Assembly: GCA_020723065.1 (NCBI GenBank)
Contig: DYJP01000006.1
Span: 1-50,961 of the forward strand
Length of the DNA: 50,961 bases
DNA from: Candidatus Micrarchaeum sp.
Lineage (GTDB): Archaea; Micrarchaeota; Micrarchaeia; CABMEP01
Direction of reading: 5' to 3'
Shown here one piece after another: positions 16,775 to 26,798 of this stretch (position 1 is the stretch's first letter; each line of letters begins with the position of its first letter). The position numbers and the translations under genes were made by a program. Under the pieces are notes generated by a model. It was given only the letters and a program-made list of their open reading frames with translations, did not search any database and was not told the DNA's origin.

Positions 16775-17241
16775 ATGGAGAATTATCAAAAGATGTTCAT
16801 TTCTATCATGATACCTTTGGCCGTAGGGTTCATTGGATTGGCTTTCACCTCAAGTTCGCTTTCAGATTGATATTCTGATTTGGTCAAGCCAGGTTTCAAT
16901 CCGCCGAACTGGGTTTTCGCTCCAGTGTGGACCAGCCTTTACCTTCTAATGGGAACTGCAGCCTATTTAATCTGGAAAAAAGGATATTCTGAAAAAACTA
17001 AGCCGGCGTTTTTGGTTTATTTATTCAGCTTTTCCTGAATTTTTTATGGTTTGTCTTGTTCTTTGGATTAAGGAATCCGTTGTACGGGCTTTTAGAAATA
17101 GTTGTTTTTTGGTTTGTGATAGTTACAAATATATTTATGTTTTACAAGATTGATAAAGTTTCGGCTTATCTTCTGGTTCCTTATTTGCTGTGGGTGAGCT
17201 TTGCTTCGGTTCTTAATTATTTTATTTTCGTTCTTAATTAA
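16775..17241 (+). pseudogene. tspO: TspO/MBR tryptophan-rich sensory protein pseudogene
   Basis: [30 protein letters not shown] and LVPYLLWVSFASVLN; in-frame TGA at 16868-70 at the conserved Trp, plus a 1-nt frameshift near 17020. Confidence 0.9.
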
Positions 17242-17304
17242 TTTTAAAAAAATGAGGTAATAATTTTATCAAACTAAAATGTGTCAGTATCCTTTTAAAA
17301 ATAA

Positions 17305-17378
17305 TGCGGCGGCCGGGATTTGAACCCGGGTTGCAGCCTTGGCAAGGCCGCGTCCTAACCAGTCTAGACTACCGCCGC
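17305..17378 (-). tRNA. tRNA-Gly(GCC)
   Basis: GCGGCGG acceptor stem, anticodon arm CGGCC-TTGCCAA-GGCTG, T arm CCGGG-TTCAAAT-CCCGG. Confidence 0.97.
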
Positions 17379-17460
17379 TTAAGAGCGTTTAATATCTAAA
17401 ACAGTAATATCTATTATTATTAACAATTTAAAAATTATTTGATTAGTCTCGGTTATCTGG

Positions 17461-18783
17461 TTAAATTCCAAGTAGGATTGCTATCGCAATAATTGCTACC
17501 GCTCCAATTATGAAGAGTCCTACAAATATTTTGAAACTCACTGGCAGATCCTCTATGTTGCTGTATTTTTCTTCAAGGCTCTTCTCTATTTGCATCCTTT
17601 CGAACGATGCCTCTTCTATTCCGTATTCGTTTATCACTGTGTTGGGGAAAATGTACTTGACGTTCGCCATTAGTGGTGGAAGTTTAAGATTTAGTTCCCA
17701 GAGGTCGTATTTTCCACCATCTATTAGTGAAGTCTTTGAGCAGTTAATGCAATCCACAGATACCGGAGGGATAAACATCGAATTCAGGAATACTGGGTTT
17801 TCTGCAATATTTCTTATTTTAACTATTGTAGGCTGGTTTTGTTCAAGTGGAGGCTGCGGAGAGAATACTACTGTAGTTTTGATCGGATTTATTTCGGTGT
17901 AATTTATTATCTCTATTGTTGTGCTTGATTGGAGGCTTACTGTCCTAGCGTCCTTTGAAGTTGCGTTTATCGAATCTTGCAATTTGCTTATATCTGAAGA
18001 GGTCCCAGTTCTTACCCTCAAGGCGTTCAAGTTCAGGAACTGGTTGTGCGTCGGGTCTATCTCTATCCAGCCGTATTCCGGAAGGAAAGTTTCTGCCCAG
18101 GCGTGCGGAATCCATTTCCTGTCAACATATACCTGGCCTATTATTATCCTTGTCGGATACGATTTCGATCTGGCCATTGCAATGAATAAGTTTGAGAATT
18201 CGTCACAGACTCCAGTTCTACTTTGAATCACCCAGTCGGAAGGCATAGTGGTCTGAGTTATATCGCTTATCGACACGTTCGTATATGAAAGATTATATTT
18301 TACGTTATCATAAACCCATTTGGACATGTTATAAAGCTCGAGGGGAGCGGAATCTCCTGATAATTCGCGGGCGATATCTGAAATTTCATCATTTATTTTT
18401 ATGTATTCAGTATTAGTAGAATACTCTTTTTTCATTATTTCAGTTCTGTTGCTATTGATTCGGTCAATGTAATCCGTCTGGATTATGAAGTTCGCAGAGA
18501 TTCTCTTCGCCCTGATGTTGCCGAATTCAAATTTTATATTCGATTCACTGTCTGAAATAATTTTATATGGATCGGAAAAGTTCATGCTTATTATCTTCTG
18601 ATTTGCGCTTTCAGTAGGAACAGTAACTTTGAGTTCGGCATGCTCAAGAACCCCATCCGCAACCACATCCCATGTCATGGTTACATTGAGCAATGCAGTT
18701 GTAGGTCTCGCATGGATTCTAGGAAAAATTAGCATGAGTAGAATTGCCAGATAAAAGAGTATACATGAACCTTTTTTTTGCAT
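17461..18783 (-). CDS. Membrane-anchored transglutaminase-like (Cys-His-Asp) protein
   Basis: Signal peptide, GVCDEFS, HAWAE, GWIEIDPT, C-terminal TM helix. Confidence 0.9.
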   Translation of the reverse strand: MQKKGSCILFYLAILLMLIFPRIHARPTTALLNVTMTWDVVADGVLEHAELKVTVPTESANQKIISMNFSDPYKIISDSESNIKFEFGNIRAKRISANFIIQTDYIDRINSNRTEIMKKEYSTNTEYIKINDEISDIARELSGDSAPLELYNMSKWVYDNVKYNLSYTNVSISDITQTTMPSDWVIQSRTGVCDEFSNLFIAMARSKSYPTRIIIGQVYVDRKWIPHAWAETFLPEYGWIEIDPTHNQFLNLNALRVRTGTSSDISKLQDSINATSKDARTVSLQSSTTIEIINYTEINPIKTTVVFSPQPPLEQNQPTIVKIRNIAENPVFLNSMFIPPVSVDCINCSKTSLIDGGKYDLWELNLKLPPLMANVKYIFPNTVINEYGIEEASFERMQIEKSLEEKYSNIEDLPVSFKIFVGLFIIGAVAIIAIAILLGI

Positions 18784-18940
18784 ACAAAAATTTGTAATGT
18801 AAGGTTTAATTAAGTATCTTTGATTCGCAAAAATCAGTCAGTATAGTTCATTCGTTCTGCAGGCACTTTGCAGCTTATTTGATAAGTACAGCGTGCGTTT
18901 GAGATCTTAAATATGTTGTGATTTTTTTACACAGTGAAAG

Positions 18941-19013
18941 TGCCGTGGGGCGGATTTGAACCACCAACCTTTCGGTCTTCAGCCGAATGCTCTCCCAATT
19001 GAGCTACCGCGGC
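18941..19013 (-). tRNA. tRNA-Phe(GAA)
   Basis: Anticodon arm TTCGG-CTGAAGA-CCGAA, T arm GGTGG-TTCAAAT-CCGCC; C5:A68 mismatch in acceptor stem. Confidence 0.95.
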
Positions 19014-19086
19014 GCTTTATTCTTGATTAAACAAGATAAAGATGTTTATTATTATTGTCCTATATTTTAAATTCTTTCTTTTTTGT

Positions 19087-19467
19087 TCACAGCAGTTCTT
19101 CTATTCTTCTGTTTATACTAGTCATTTTCTTCTTTGTTATAGAATAAGACTTTTCGTTCTTTTCAAGTTCCTGAAGATATGCAAAATACCATCCTTCGTA
19201 AGGCATCTTCCAGGCCATAAGAGTGGTGATCCCGGTGTTTTCTTGCCAGAAGTCAAGGGCCGCGAACTTCTCGTGATCTATCGCAATTCTATCTCCGTTC
19301 CAAGCCTTGCACTCTATCGCATACTGCTTTCCTTTCTTGAAAACAAGTATGTCCGGGCTTGTGGCGTTTACTCCGCTCCCTGCCGATCTGACTATGCTAT
19401 ATCCCTTGTCTTCGAAAAGATGGATCAGTTCTCTTTCATTTCTTGCGCCCTTTCTGTAGGTGTACAT
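19087..19467 (-). CDS. hjc: Holliday junction resolvase Hjc
   Basis: YRKGARNEREL..GYSIVRSAGSG..PDIL..AIECK. Confidence 0.93.
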   Translation of the reverse strand: MYTYRKGARNERELIHLFEDKGYSIVRSAGSGVNATSPDILVFKKGKQYAIECKAWNGDRIAIDHEKFAALDFWQENTGITTLMAWKMPYEGWYFAYLQELEKNEKSYSITKKKMTSINRRIEELL

Positions 19468-19554
19468 CGTATCATTTCTATCTGATTGGAGAGGTTTATA
19501 AATCATTCAGCTAAATTAGTAATGTTTATTTATAGATAGATTGTGGTGGATATC

Positions 19555-20172
19555 ATGGCAGAAGAATCTTTCCAGAGATCAAGACCGCTTCGTGCGCTTG
19601 TAAGAATATTCAGGGGCGAGAAGCCGTCGGTGCCGCTTGACGCGGTTATGAAGAAGGGCGTTGTAGTCATTGATTCGTCTAAGTCAGCGCTCGATGCAGC
19701 CAAGCTTATGGACAAGAACAGGATCGGATCTGTAGTTGTCATTGAGAAAGGCAAGGCGATAGGCATAATAACAGAGAGGGATCTTGTCAGAAGAGTACTC
19801 TCAATGAAGAAGAAGCCTACAATAAAAGTAAAGCAGATAATGTCTTCCCCGTTAAGAGTTGCAAATCCAAATCAGGAAGTGGAAGATGCAGTCTTGGCGA
19901 TGAAGAAGTATAAGATCAAGAAGCTTGTCATAGTAGGTGAGAAGGAAAGGCTGCTTGGAATAGTGACTGATTCGGATATTACAAGGGCACTCCCAGGTAT
20001 GCTCGATCTTTTGAAGGAGATAGGAAACTATAACAGGCTGAATGAAAATACCTATACTTTGGGTGTGTGCCAGAAATGTGGAATGTATTCAGATACTCTG
20101 CAGTATGTAAACGGCGAGCTTATCTGTGAGGATTGTAGGAACCAGGAAGAAGAGCAGTACGAAACAGAGTAA
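19555..20172 (+). CDS. CBS-pair protein with C-terminal Zn-ribbon (CxxC..CxxC)
   Basis: GIITERDL, IMSSPL, GIVTDSDI; GVCQKCG..ICEDC. Confidence 0.9.
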   Translation: MAEESFQRSRPLRALVRIFRGEKPSVPLDAVMKKGVVVIDSSKSALDAAKLMDKNRIGSVVVIEKGKAIGIITERDLVRRVLSMKKKPTIKVKQIMSSPLRVANPNQEVEDAVLAMKKYKIKKLVIVGEKERLLGIVTDSDITRALPGMLDLLKEIGNYNRLNENTYTLGVCQKCGMYSDTLQYVNGELICEDCRNQEEEQYETE

Positions 20173-20344
20173 TCCTTTATTATTTTTATATTTCTCTTTT
20201 TTGTTGTTTTCAAGACTTTATTATAACCAGTAGTGAATATCGGCCCTTATAAAATCAAAAGATTTAAAAATAAGTATCACTTAATCATATCAAGTGTAAT
20301 AATAACAGTGTATGCCGGTTTGGTATATAATCAACTCAAAAATC

Positions 20345-20821
20345 ATGAGATTAAATACTGTCAGACAGAAGCTAAAAAGCCTTAAGCGGGTGCTTGATCA
20401 TCTTAAAAATGATAGAATCATCGTTCTCGTTGAAGGCAAGCGTGATATTTATGCTCTTAAAAATTCACACTTTTACGAGGGCCAAGTGTTCCAAGTGTCC
20501 ACTAGGAAGCCTTATGAATTAGCTCAGCTTTTGATTGGCAGCGACAAGATTGTAGTGATATTGACTGACTATGACAGTTATGGCGAACAGCTCATGGAGA
20601 GGTTTGCTGAAGAACTGGTCGCAAATAATATTCAGATCGACATCACCACAAGAAAGACTCTCCGCTGGATTTTGGGTTTAAGAACAATAGAGGATTTACC
20701 GGCCGCTTACGCTGATTTTGTTACACAAGTAGCCTTTGCCCAGCATGAAATCTGTTTGGGTGAGGACATATTGCAACTGTTCGATAGTAATAATGAAGTT
20801 GCAATGTATAACAGAAGGTAG
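20345..20821 (+). CDS. Small toprim-domain protein (UPF0292/RNase M5-like)
   Basis: LVEGKRD and ILTDYDSYGE toprim motifs; upstream of dnaG. Confidence 0.85.
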   Translation: MRLNTVRQKLKSLKRVLDHLKNDRIIVLVEGKRDIYALKNSHFYEGQVFQVSTRKPYELAQLLIGSDKIVVILTDYDSYGEQLMERFAEELVANNIQIDITTRKTLRWILGLRTIEDLPAAYADFVTQVAFAQHEICLGEDILQLFDSNNEVAMYNRR

Positions 20822-20888
20822 CAAGAAATTAACTTACTTGCTTCGTCTTTGCATATCAGAAAGTCAATAGAATATACAAGGTGAGATA

Positions 20889-22205
20889 ATGGGAAAAATA
20901 TATATCGATACTGTAAAATATGTGGTTCATGCTAATGTTGAAATAACAGGTCTGGTTGAGAAGCCAGATGTAGTTGGGGCGATTTTCGGCCAAACTGAAG
21001 GTCTTTTGGGTGAAGAGCTTGATTTAAGGGAACTCCAGAAGAACGGAAGGATAGGCAGGATAGAAGTCAACCTCCAGCCAAAGGGCAATAAGTCCGTGGG
21101 AATAATCGAGATTCCGTCCAGTCTTGATTTGGTCGAGACCTGCATCATAGCTTCTGCATTGGAAACTGTGGATAGGGTAGGCCCTTGTGAGGCGAACATC
21201 GTAGTCCAGCGTGTAGAAGACACTAGAAATGTCAAGAGAAAGAAAGTAATCGAGAGAGCAAAGGATCTAGTTAAGAAGATGATCACAACAGAAATTCCAG
21301 AGAGGAAAGAGCTTTCCGAATTAGTAAGATCGGAAGTTAAGACAGCTGAGATATCAACATACGGTTCAGAGAAGCTTCCAGCAGGACCAAACCTCGATGC
21401 AGCAGAAGCGATTATTCTGGTGGAGGGAAGGGCAGATGTCATCAATATGCTTAAGAACGACATAAATAACGTAATTGCAATAGGTGGTGCGAACGTTCCG
21501 AAGACAGTGGTAGATCTCTGTAAGAGAAAGGAAGTGACCCTTTTCGTAGATGGAGATAGGGGAGGAGAAATAATCATGAGGGAAGTCCTCAACAACTGCG
21601 AAGTCGATTACGTAACTAAAGCCCCTTCAGGAACTGAGGTGGAAGAACTTACAAGAAAGGAGATCCTTAAGTCCCTGCGATCGAGAGTCCCAGTTGAGCA
21701 GGCAGATTCCCTTAAAAGAAGGAGAGAGGAAGGTACTTTCGAACATCAGTACCGGTCTACGATAAGATCTGAAGCACAGAGAGAGGCGAGGGAAGCATAT
21801 AAGGAATTTTCAAGGGAATCTACTCCGGTGCAAACCGAAAAACAAGCAAGCATAGTCAAGGACATAAATGAATCAATTTCCGGAATATCGGCTCCACCTG
21901 CACCGAAGCAGCAGTCGGCGATGCCAGAGAAGATCCAGACTGAGCTTAATTCTTTGGAAGGTTCGCTCAAGGCAAGATTCTATGACGAGCAGATGAACAC
22001 GATCAATGAGGTCGCAGTCAGAGACGTCACAAGAGTCCTTCAAGATACGAAAGGAGTCTCCATAGTGGTTCTCGACGGAATAATTACTCAGAGACTAGTC
22101 GATTTGACCGAGAACATGAATATTAAGATGATAGCCGGAATAAAGATGGGCAACGTCTTTAGGAAGCCGCAGAACCTTCAGATTTTTGTTAAGCAGCAGG
22201 TCTGA
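20889..22205 (+). CDS. dnaG: Archaeal DnaG (exosome-associated primase-like protein)
   Basis: VEKPDVVGAIFGQTEGLLG..GRIGRI, VEGRADV, DGDRGG, DGIITQRL. Confidence 0.97.
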   Translation: MGKIYIDTVKYVVHANVEITGLVEKPDVVGAIFGQTEGLLGEELDLRELQKNGRIGRIEVNLQPKGNKSVGIIEIPSSLDLVETCIIASALETVDRVGPCEANIVVQRVEDTRNVKRKKVIERAKDLVKKMITTEIPERKELSELVRSEVKTAEISTYGSEKLPAGPNLDAAEAIILVEGRADVINMLKNDINNVIAIGGANVPKTVVDLCKRKEVTLFVDGDRGGEIIMREVLNNCEVDYVTKAPSGTEVEELTRKEILKSLRSRVPVEQADSLKRRREEGTFEHQYRSTIRSEAQREAREAYKEFSRESTPVQTEKQASIVKDINESISGISAPPAPKQQSAMPEKIQTELNSLEGSLKARFYDEQMNTINEVAVRDVTRVLQDTKGVSIVVLDGIITQRLVDLTENMNIKMIAGIKMGNVFRKPQNLQIFVKQQV

Positions 22206-22292
22206 TTAAGGTCTGAACTTTTATTTTTAGCTTTTTTTATTTTAATTCTTTTTTTTATTTTAAAATAAATTAGCAGCAGCATCGTGTAACAA

Positions 22293-23333
22293 TTATTTAT
22301 ACTTGAACCTAAGAATTCCTACTACCCCGCCAAGTTTGTGGAGGTTCTTCCAGGGTTCCTCGCCGGATGTAAATATTGTTATGTCAACGCCTTTAGCCTT
22401 GGCTTCATCTAGTATCTCCGGTTTCTTCCTTACGAAATCATCCAATACATAAAGTTCCGACAGTGCGCTGTAGTCGTTGGCTTCTCTGACTTCTTCTATC
22501 CCTTTGACCGCCATCCCGCTTCCCTTCCCAGCTTCGGCCATGTATCTTTCTATCTTTTCAAACTCGGTCGAGACCCGGTCCTCTTTGATGAGGCGCTTGA
22601 CGGTTCCGCTCTTGATGAGCTCATAGATCCCGCTCTTTTCTGCCGTGCTGGTGTGCTCGATAGTTATATTCTTGAGAAGCTCCGGATGCCTGTTCCTTAT
22701 ATAGTTCCTGAACGATTCTGCAGTAAAACCAGGTCCTGCGACAAGTACTTTCTTCGAATTTTGGATTATTTTGACGAGTTCTGCGAAAAATTTGACAATC
22801 TTTTCCTCGTAGGCGTCGTCTCGCTTGGAGGTCCTGCTTTCAAGCTCAAAGTCGAACTCGACTCCATATGTTTTGAGCGTCGCAACATTAGCGAGTTTGT
22901 CGTCTATGACCATTATCTTTATTATTGGGCGCTTGCTGCTCTTTTGAGCATCCTTTATTCTTTCGAAATGGTAAGTCGTCCATTTAGCCTTCTTTATCTT
23001 GTAGGAGTATCCAGGTTCGATCTCTATCGTGTGATGGCTCCCTTTCTGGACGTATTCTTCTGGGGTTCCCGCCAGTATCTTTCCCATTACCCTCAGAACG
23101 TTTGCGTTCTTGTGAAGCTCCGCTCTTTCCACTTCAAGTTCTATGGTGACTTCTTTCTTTTCTCCAGCCTCTCCCTTCTCGCCTTCGGACCTGAATCTGC
23201 GTATAGTTTTACCTATCACTATGTCTCCAGGGTTTATTATTTTCATAAGGTGCCAAAGGTCCTCGAAGTTTTCGGCTTCGAGCTTCATTTCACCGAGTCT
23301 TTGGTCGAATTTTATCATTTTCATAAGCATCAT
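22293..23333 (-). CDS. pelA: Pelota mRNA surveillance protein
   Basis: EDLWHL..GDIV, LRVMGKI..GSHHTIEIE, AGPGF, LGGVVGILRF; start may be ATG 23324. Confidence 0.95.
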   Translation of the reverse strand: MMLMKMIKFDQRLGEMKLEAENFEDLWHLMKIINPGDIVIGKTIRRFRSEGEKGEAGEKKEVTIELEVERAELHKNANVLRVMGKILAGTPEEYVQKGSHHTIEIEPGYSYKIKKAKWTTYHFERIKDAQKSSKRPIIKIMVIDDKLANVATLKTYGVEFDFELESRTSKRDDAYEEKIVKFFAELVKIIQNSKKVLVAGPGFTAESFRNYIRNRHPELLKNITIEHTSTAEKSGIYELIKSGTVKRLIKEDRVSTEFEKIERYMAEAGKGSGMAVKGIEEVREANDYSALSELYVLDDFVRKKPEILDEAKAKGVDITIFTSGEEPWKNLHKLGGVVGILRFKYK

Positions 23334-23465
23334 CTTAATAGGGTTTGGTTGCGTTTCTGTAGATGTGATCTTTGCCTATAAGCGCAATTATTTAATACTT
23401 ACTGGGTGTATTATAAGCATAATATACTTTAATAATTAAGTTTAAAAACGAATAACAGTGGTAGT

Positions 23466-24497
23466 ATGGCAAATGCGGACAAAGGGATACTTTTAGCATT
23501 AATTTTGGTATTCGGGCTCGTGATAATATCTGGCTGCACATCGAGCAAGAAATGTTCGGTAGATTCAGATTGCGCCACATGGCAGGTTTGCAACACAACA
23601 TCGACAAAATGTATGGCTGGACCAGGATTCTGCGAATCAGATTCCAATTGTCAAAATTACCAGCAGTGTAACACTAAGACACACACCTGCACGCTTAAGA
23701 CAGGAATGTGCGCGGTTGATTCCGATTGCGCGGATTGGCAGGAATGTGACCTTTTGAACAATGTATGCAAGGTTAAGCTTGGATACTGCATAGACAGCTC
23801 ATATTGTATAAAGGACTATGAAATTTGTGATTCTACCAGCCATACTTGCGTGGCCAAGGCTGGAAGATGCAATAATGATTATGATTGTGAAGGCTGGCAG
23901 CTCTGCAACTCATCCACTAACGTATGCTACCCGAGAGAAGGATACTGTTTCACAAAGCTTGACTGCAATGCATGGGAAGAGTGCAATGACAGGACAAATG
24001 AATGCAAAGTAAGGGAGGGATACTGCGGCAACGACGCAGACTGTTCATCGTGGCAGTCGTGCGACCTTTCAACTCACAGGTGCGAGGCAGGTCTGGCTTA
24101 CTGCGCTCTTGATTCTGATTGCGAAACATGGCAGTACTGCTATCCATCGACCCATAAGTGCAAGGCAAGAACTGGATATTGCAGCTCAACATCCGACTGT
24201 CCTGGCGGATACTCTGGCTATCAGACATGCGATTCATCTTCGCACACATGCGTTCTTACATTGGGTAAGTGTATTGCAGATGCAGACTGTAACTCCTGGG
24301 AATACTGCAATACTAATTATAATGTATGCGATGTGAAAACAGGGTATTGCAATTCGGAGGATGACTGTGCAACCACAGAGGGATGCGACGATTCCACCCA
24401 CAGGTGCTATACATTAAGCTGTAGGACAGACTCTGACTGCTCTTCAGGCTATAAATGCGACACCTTATTCACTTACTCCTGCCAGAAGATCCAGTAA
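23466..24497 (+). CDS. Cys-rich repeat lipoprotein (12 repeats of ~26 aa)
   Basis: Hydrophobic leader ending ISGC; repeats of CxxDxDCxxW(Q/E)xCx6CxxxxGY. Confidence 0.85.
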   Translation: MANADKGILLALILVFGLVIISGCTSSKKCSVDSDCATWQVCNTTSTKCMAGPGFCESDSNCQNYQQCNTKTHTCTLKTGMCAVDSDCADWQECDLLNNVCKVKLGYCIDSSYCIKDYEICDSTSHTCVAKAGRCNNDYDCEGWQLCNSSTNVCYPREGYCFTKLDCNAWEECNDRTNECKVREGYCGNDADCSSWQSCDLSTHRCEAGLAYCALDSDCETWQYCYPSTHKCKARTGYCSSTSDCPGGYSGYQTCDSSSHTCVLTLGKCIADADCNSWEYCNTNYNVCDVKTGYCNSEDDCATTEGCDDSTHRCYTLSCRTDSDCSSGYKCDTLFTYSCQKIQ

Positions 24498-24532
24498 TTT
24501 TTTTACATTTTTTTGGTTTTGAAGGAATTTAG

Positions 24533-25012
24533 ATGTTTGAATTCATAATTCAGGCCATAATTGAGATGCTAAACAATCCTTTGTTGGTTTCATTAATTCT
24601 TGGTGCGTTGCCAATTTCTGAAATAAGAGGGGCTTCATTTTATGCATTTTCTATCGGCCAGCCATTGCTTATCCTGCCGGCTATGTTTTCAAATATGCTT
24701 GTCTGCCCGCTCATACTTCTCTTCTGGGATCTTGTAAGGATTCCTAAGATAGCAGAGTTGATTCTGGGCAGGTCTTTGGAGCACAAGCTTCTCAAATTTG
24801 GAAAGAGCTACGAAACGCAGGGACTTCTGGCTCTAATACTTTTCATAGGGATTCCGTTTCCGCTCACTGGAGTATACACTGGCACGCTGCTGGCGAATAT
24901 ACTTGGAATAAAGAGGAAGAAAATACTATTTGCCTCTGTTCTGGGTGTGATGCTAGCGACTTTTGTAATGTTCATATTGCTTGGAGGTTTTTCAGTTTTC
25001 TTTTCTTCTTGA
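24533..25012 (+). CDS. Small multi-drug export family membrane protein
   Basis: LPISEIRG and LFIGIPFPLTGVYTG motifs. Confidence 0.8.
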   Translation: MFEFIIQAIIEMLNNPLLVSLILGALPISEIRGASFYAFSIGQPLLILPAMFSNMLVCPLILLFWDLVRIPKIAELILGRSLEHKLLKFGKSYETQGLLALILFIGIPFPLTGVYTGTLLANILGIKRKKILFASVLGVMLATFVMFILLGGFSVFFSS

Positions 25013-25077
25013 ATGTCTAAGCCGCTGGCTAAAGATCGTAAAATAAAAAAAGAGAAAAATAAAAAATAAGAAGTCGC

Positions 25078-26133
25078 TTAGCAGCTTCCTGTTGCTGCTG
25101 CCCCAGAGTTATCAAGCGTTGTGCTGCATGTGCCGGGTTGTGTGTTGAATGCTGAGCATATCGACTGCTTGTAAGACTCTGCGGTTCTTTCGCCAGAATA
25201 TTCAACGTCGTTTATAAACAACATCGGGGAACCCTGTACTCCGTACTGGATGTTGAGTTGGTATTCCTTCTCTGCATATGCAAGTGCATTCTGATCGAAG
25301 CAACTCTTCACTGTGTTAACATCTATTCCTTTCGCAGTTGCTACTCCTTCCCAGCATGTGTCTACATTCTGGTAGTTACAAGTCGTGCTTACGGTCTGTA
25401 TGTAATCCTTCCAGACGCTGTAGTTGTAGCTGTCCATTATGCACATCTGTCTGATGTCCTCATTCAGTTCTGCAATACCATGCATGGAGCAGTATGTTCC
25501 ATTTATGCAGTACGTTGATTCTTGTCCTGCATAGTATTCTGCTGGGTAAACCACATAGTGTAATTCGAAGTTCATTTTGTCTCCAAGGAGGTCGGTTACT
25601 GGCCACATCGCTTTCTCAGCCTGCTGGCCATATGGGCAGTAGCTCATGACGAAAAGTTTGACATCAGGCATTTCACTCTTTGGAATCTTTGCGGTGGTTG
25701 TCCCGCTGTTTGCAGATGGGATTTCAACTTTTTGGCTCATGTTGTAGATTGCGCCGATGACTATCATTTGCCCATCGTTTGTTGCATAGACTTCACCGGT
25801 GCTTATTGCGCTGCCATTCTGCATAATGTCTATGTTCATTATTGTGATGTCCTGAAGCTTGGTAAAGTTCTTTACCTTGGCAGTTGCACCGTAAGAACTC
25901 AGGAAGTTTGCGTCAAGATAAGCTTCAACCTTGTTTGTAAGGTTGGCGGTTGAGAAATCGACTCCTTTGTTCGCATCCGACATTTGCATGAAAGGTAAGT
26001 TTATCGAGTTTGAAATAAGAAACGCAATAGCAATGTAGCCAAAGATTAGCCCGAATATTACTCCGGTGCTGAGGCTGAATGTTACTAGTCGGTTCTTTTC
26101 AGTATTTTGTATTTTTTCCTTTATTTTTTTCAT
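25078..26133 (-). CDS. Membrane-anchored thioredoxin/DsbA-fold protein with SxxC-type site (MSYCPYG)
   Basis: N-terminal TM, LFVMSYCPYG, SMHG..E, GVQGSPMLFIN cis-Pro loop, ends GSC. Confidence 0.8.
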   Translation of the reverse strand: MKKIKEKIQNTEKNRLVTFSLSTGVIFGLIFGYIAIAFLISNSINLPFMQMSDANKGVDFSTANLTNKVEAYLDANFLSSYGATAKVKNFTKLQDITIMNIDIMQNGSAISTGEVYATNDGQMIVIGAIYNMSQKVEIPSANSGTTTAKIPKSEMPDVKLFVMSYCPYGQQAEKAMWPVTDLLGDKMNFELHYVVYPAEYYAGQESTYCINGTYCSMHGIAELNEDIRQMCIMDSYNYSVWKDYIQTVSTTCNYQNVDTCWEGVATAKGIDVNTVKSCFDQNALAYAEKEYQLNIQYGVQGSPMLFINDVEYSGERTAESYKQSICSAFNTQPGTCSTTLDNSGAAATGSC

Positions 26134-26263
26134 TACCACTGGATCACCCTTTAATAACAATATTATTTTTTGCGCTTAAAATAAGTGCGTCCCACTGTCT
26201 TACAATTGTATATTAATATTCATAAATCTTTAGGTATATCTGTCTATATCCTGGCGGGATTAA

Positions 26264-26791
26264 ATGAAAAAATCAATAAAGAAACAAAATTACATGAATA
26301 TCTATTACTATATTGTAGTTCTTTTAGCATTCAATTTCGTGATCTTTGCCGTTCCAATCCTTTCAGTCATGGGCAGCCAGATTTCAGATCCACTCTTCTC
26401 ATTCTTTTCGCTTTTTTGCCATCAGATGTTTGAACGCTCGCTGTGCATGTCCTCAAATTTCAGTATTGGCAACTGCGAGTTAGGCTCTGAATTCATTCAC
26501 CAATTTCCAGTCTGTTCAAGGGACGTGTCGTTTTATCTTTTCATGCTTTTAGGCGGATTTGTTTATGTGCTTATGGGAAAGAAGAATGAGATCAAGATTC
26601 CTTCTGTGCTTATTCTAATCCTATTCGTTCTTCCTCTTGCAATAGACGGCACAACACAGCTTTTAGGATTCAGGGAAAGCAATAACATACTTAGAATTAT
26701 AACTGGGGGTCTCGCAGGAATAATAGTCCCGTTCTTTTTGATTCCAATAATGAATAAGTTAGAATACCTAAAAAATACTGGAAAGCGGTGA
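26264..26791 (+). CDS. DUF2085-type membrane protein
   Basis: FCHQMFERS, QFPVCSRD, PLAIDGTTQLLGFRESNNILRIITG. Confidence 0.85.
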   Translation: MKKSIKKQNYMNIYYYIVVLLAFNFVIFAVPILSVMGSQISDPLFSFFSLFCHQMFERSLCMSSNFSIGNCELGSEFIHQFPVCSRDVSFYLFMLLGGFVYVLMGKKNEIKIPSVLILILFVLPLAIDGTTQLLGFRESNNILRIITGGLAGIIVPFFLIPIMNKLEYLKNTGKR

Positions 26792-26798
26792 CAGAGGA

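Noticed and set aside
16868-16870. TGA=Trp recoding suggested by the in-frame TGA in tspO
   Set aside because: TGA ends intact genes (ftsZ, dnaG, L12), Trp is TGG elsewhere, and the gene also has a frameshift
17305-19013. Integrated element between tRNA-Gly and tRNA-Phe
   Set aside because: No integrase, transposase or duplicated tRNA 3' end; only one ordinary gene
22653-23381. 242-aa ORF antisense to pelota, and similar shadow ORFs (20927-21595, 37265-37897, 46627-47235 and others)
   Set aside because: They fully overlap confidently identified genes on the other strand and have no recognisable motifs
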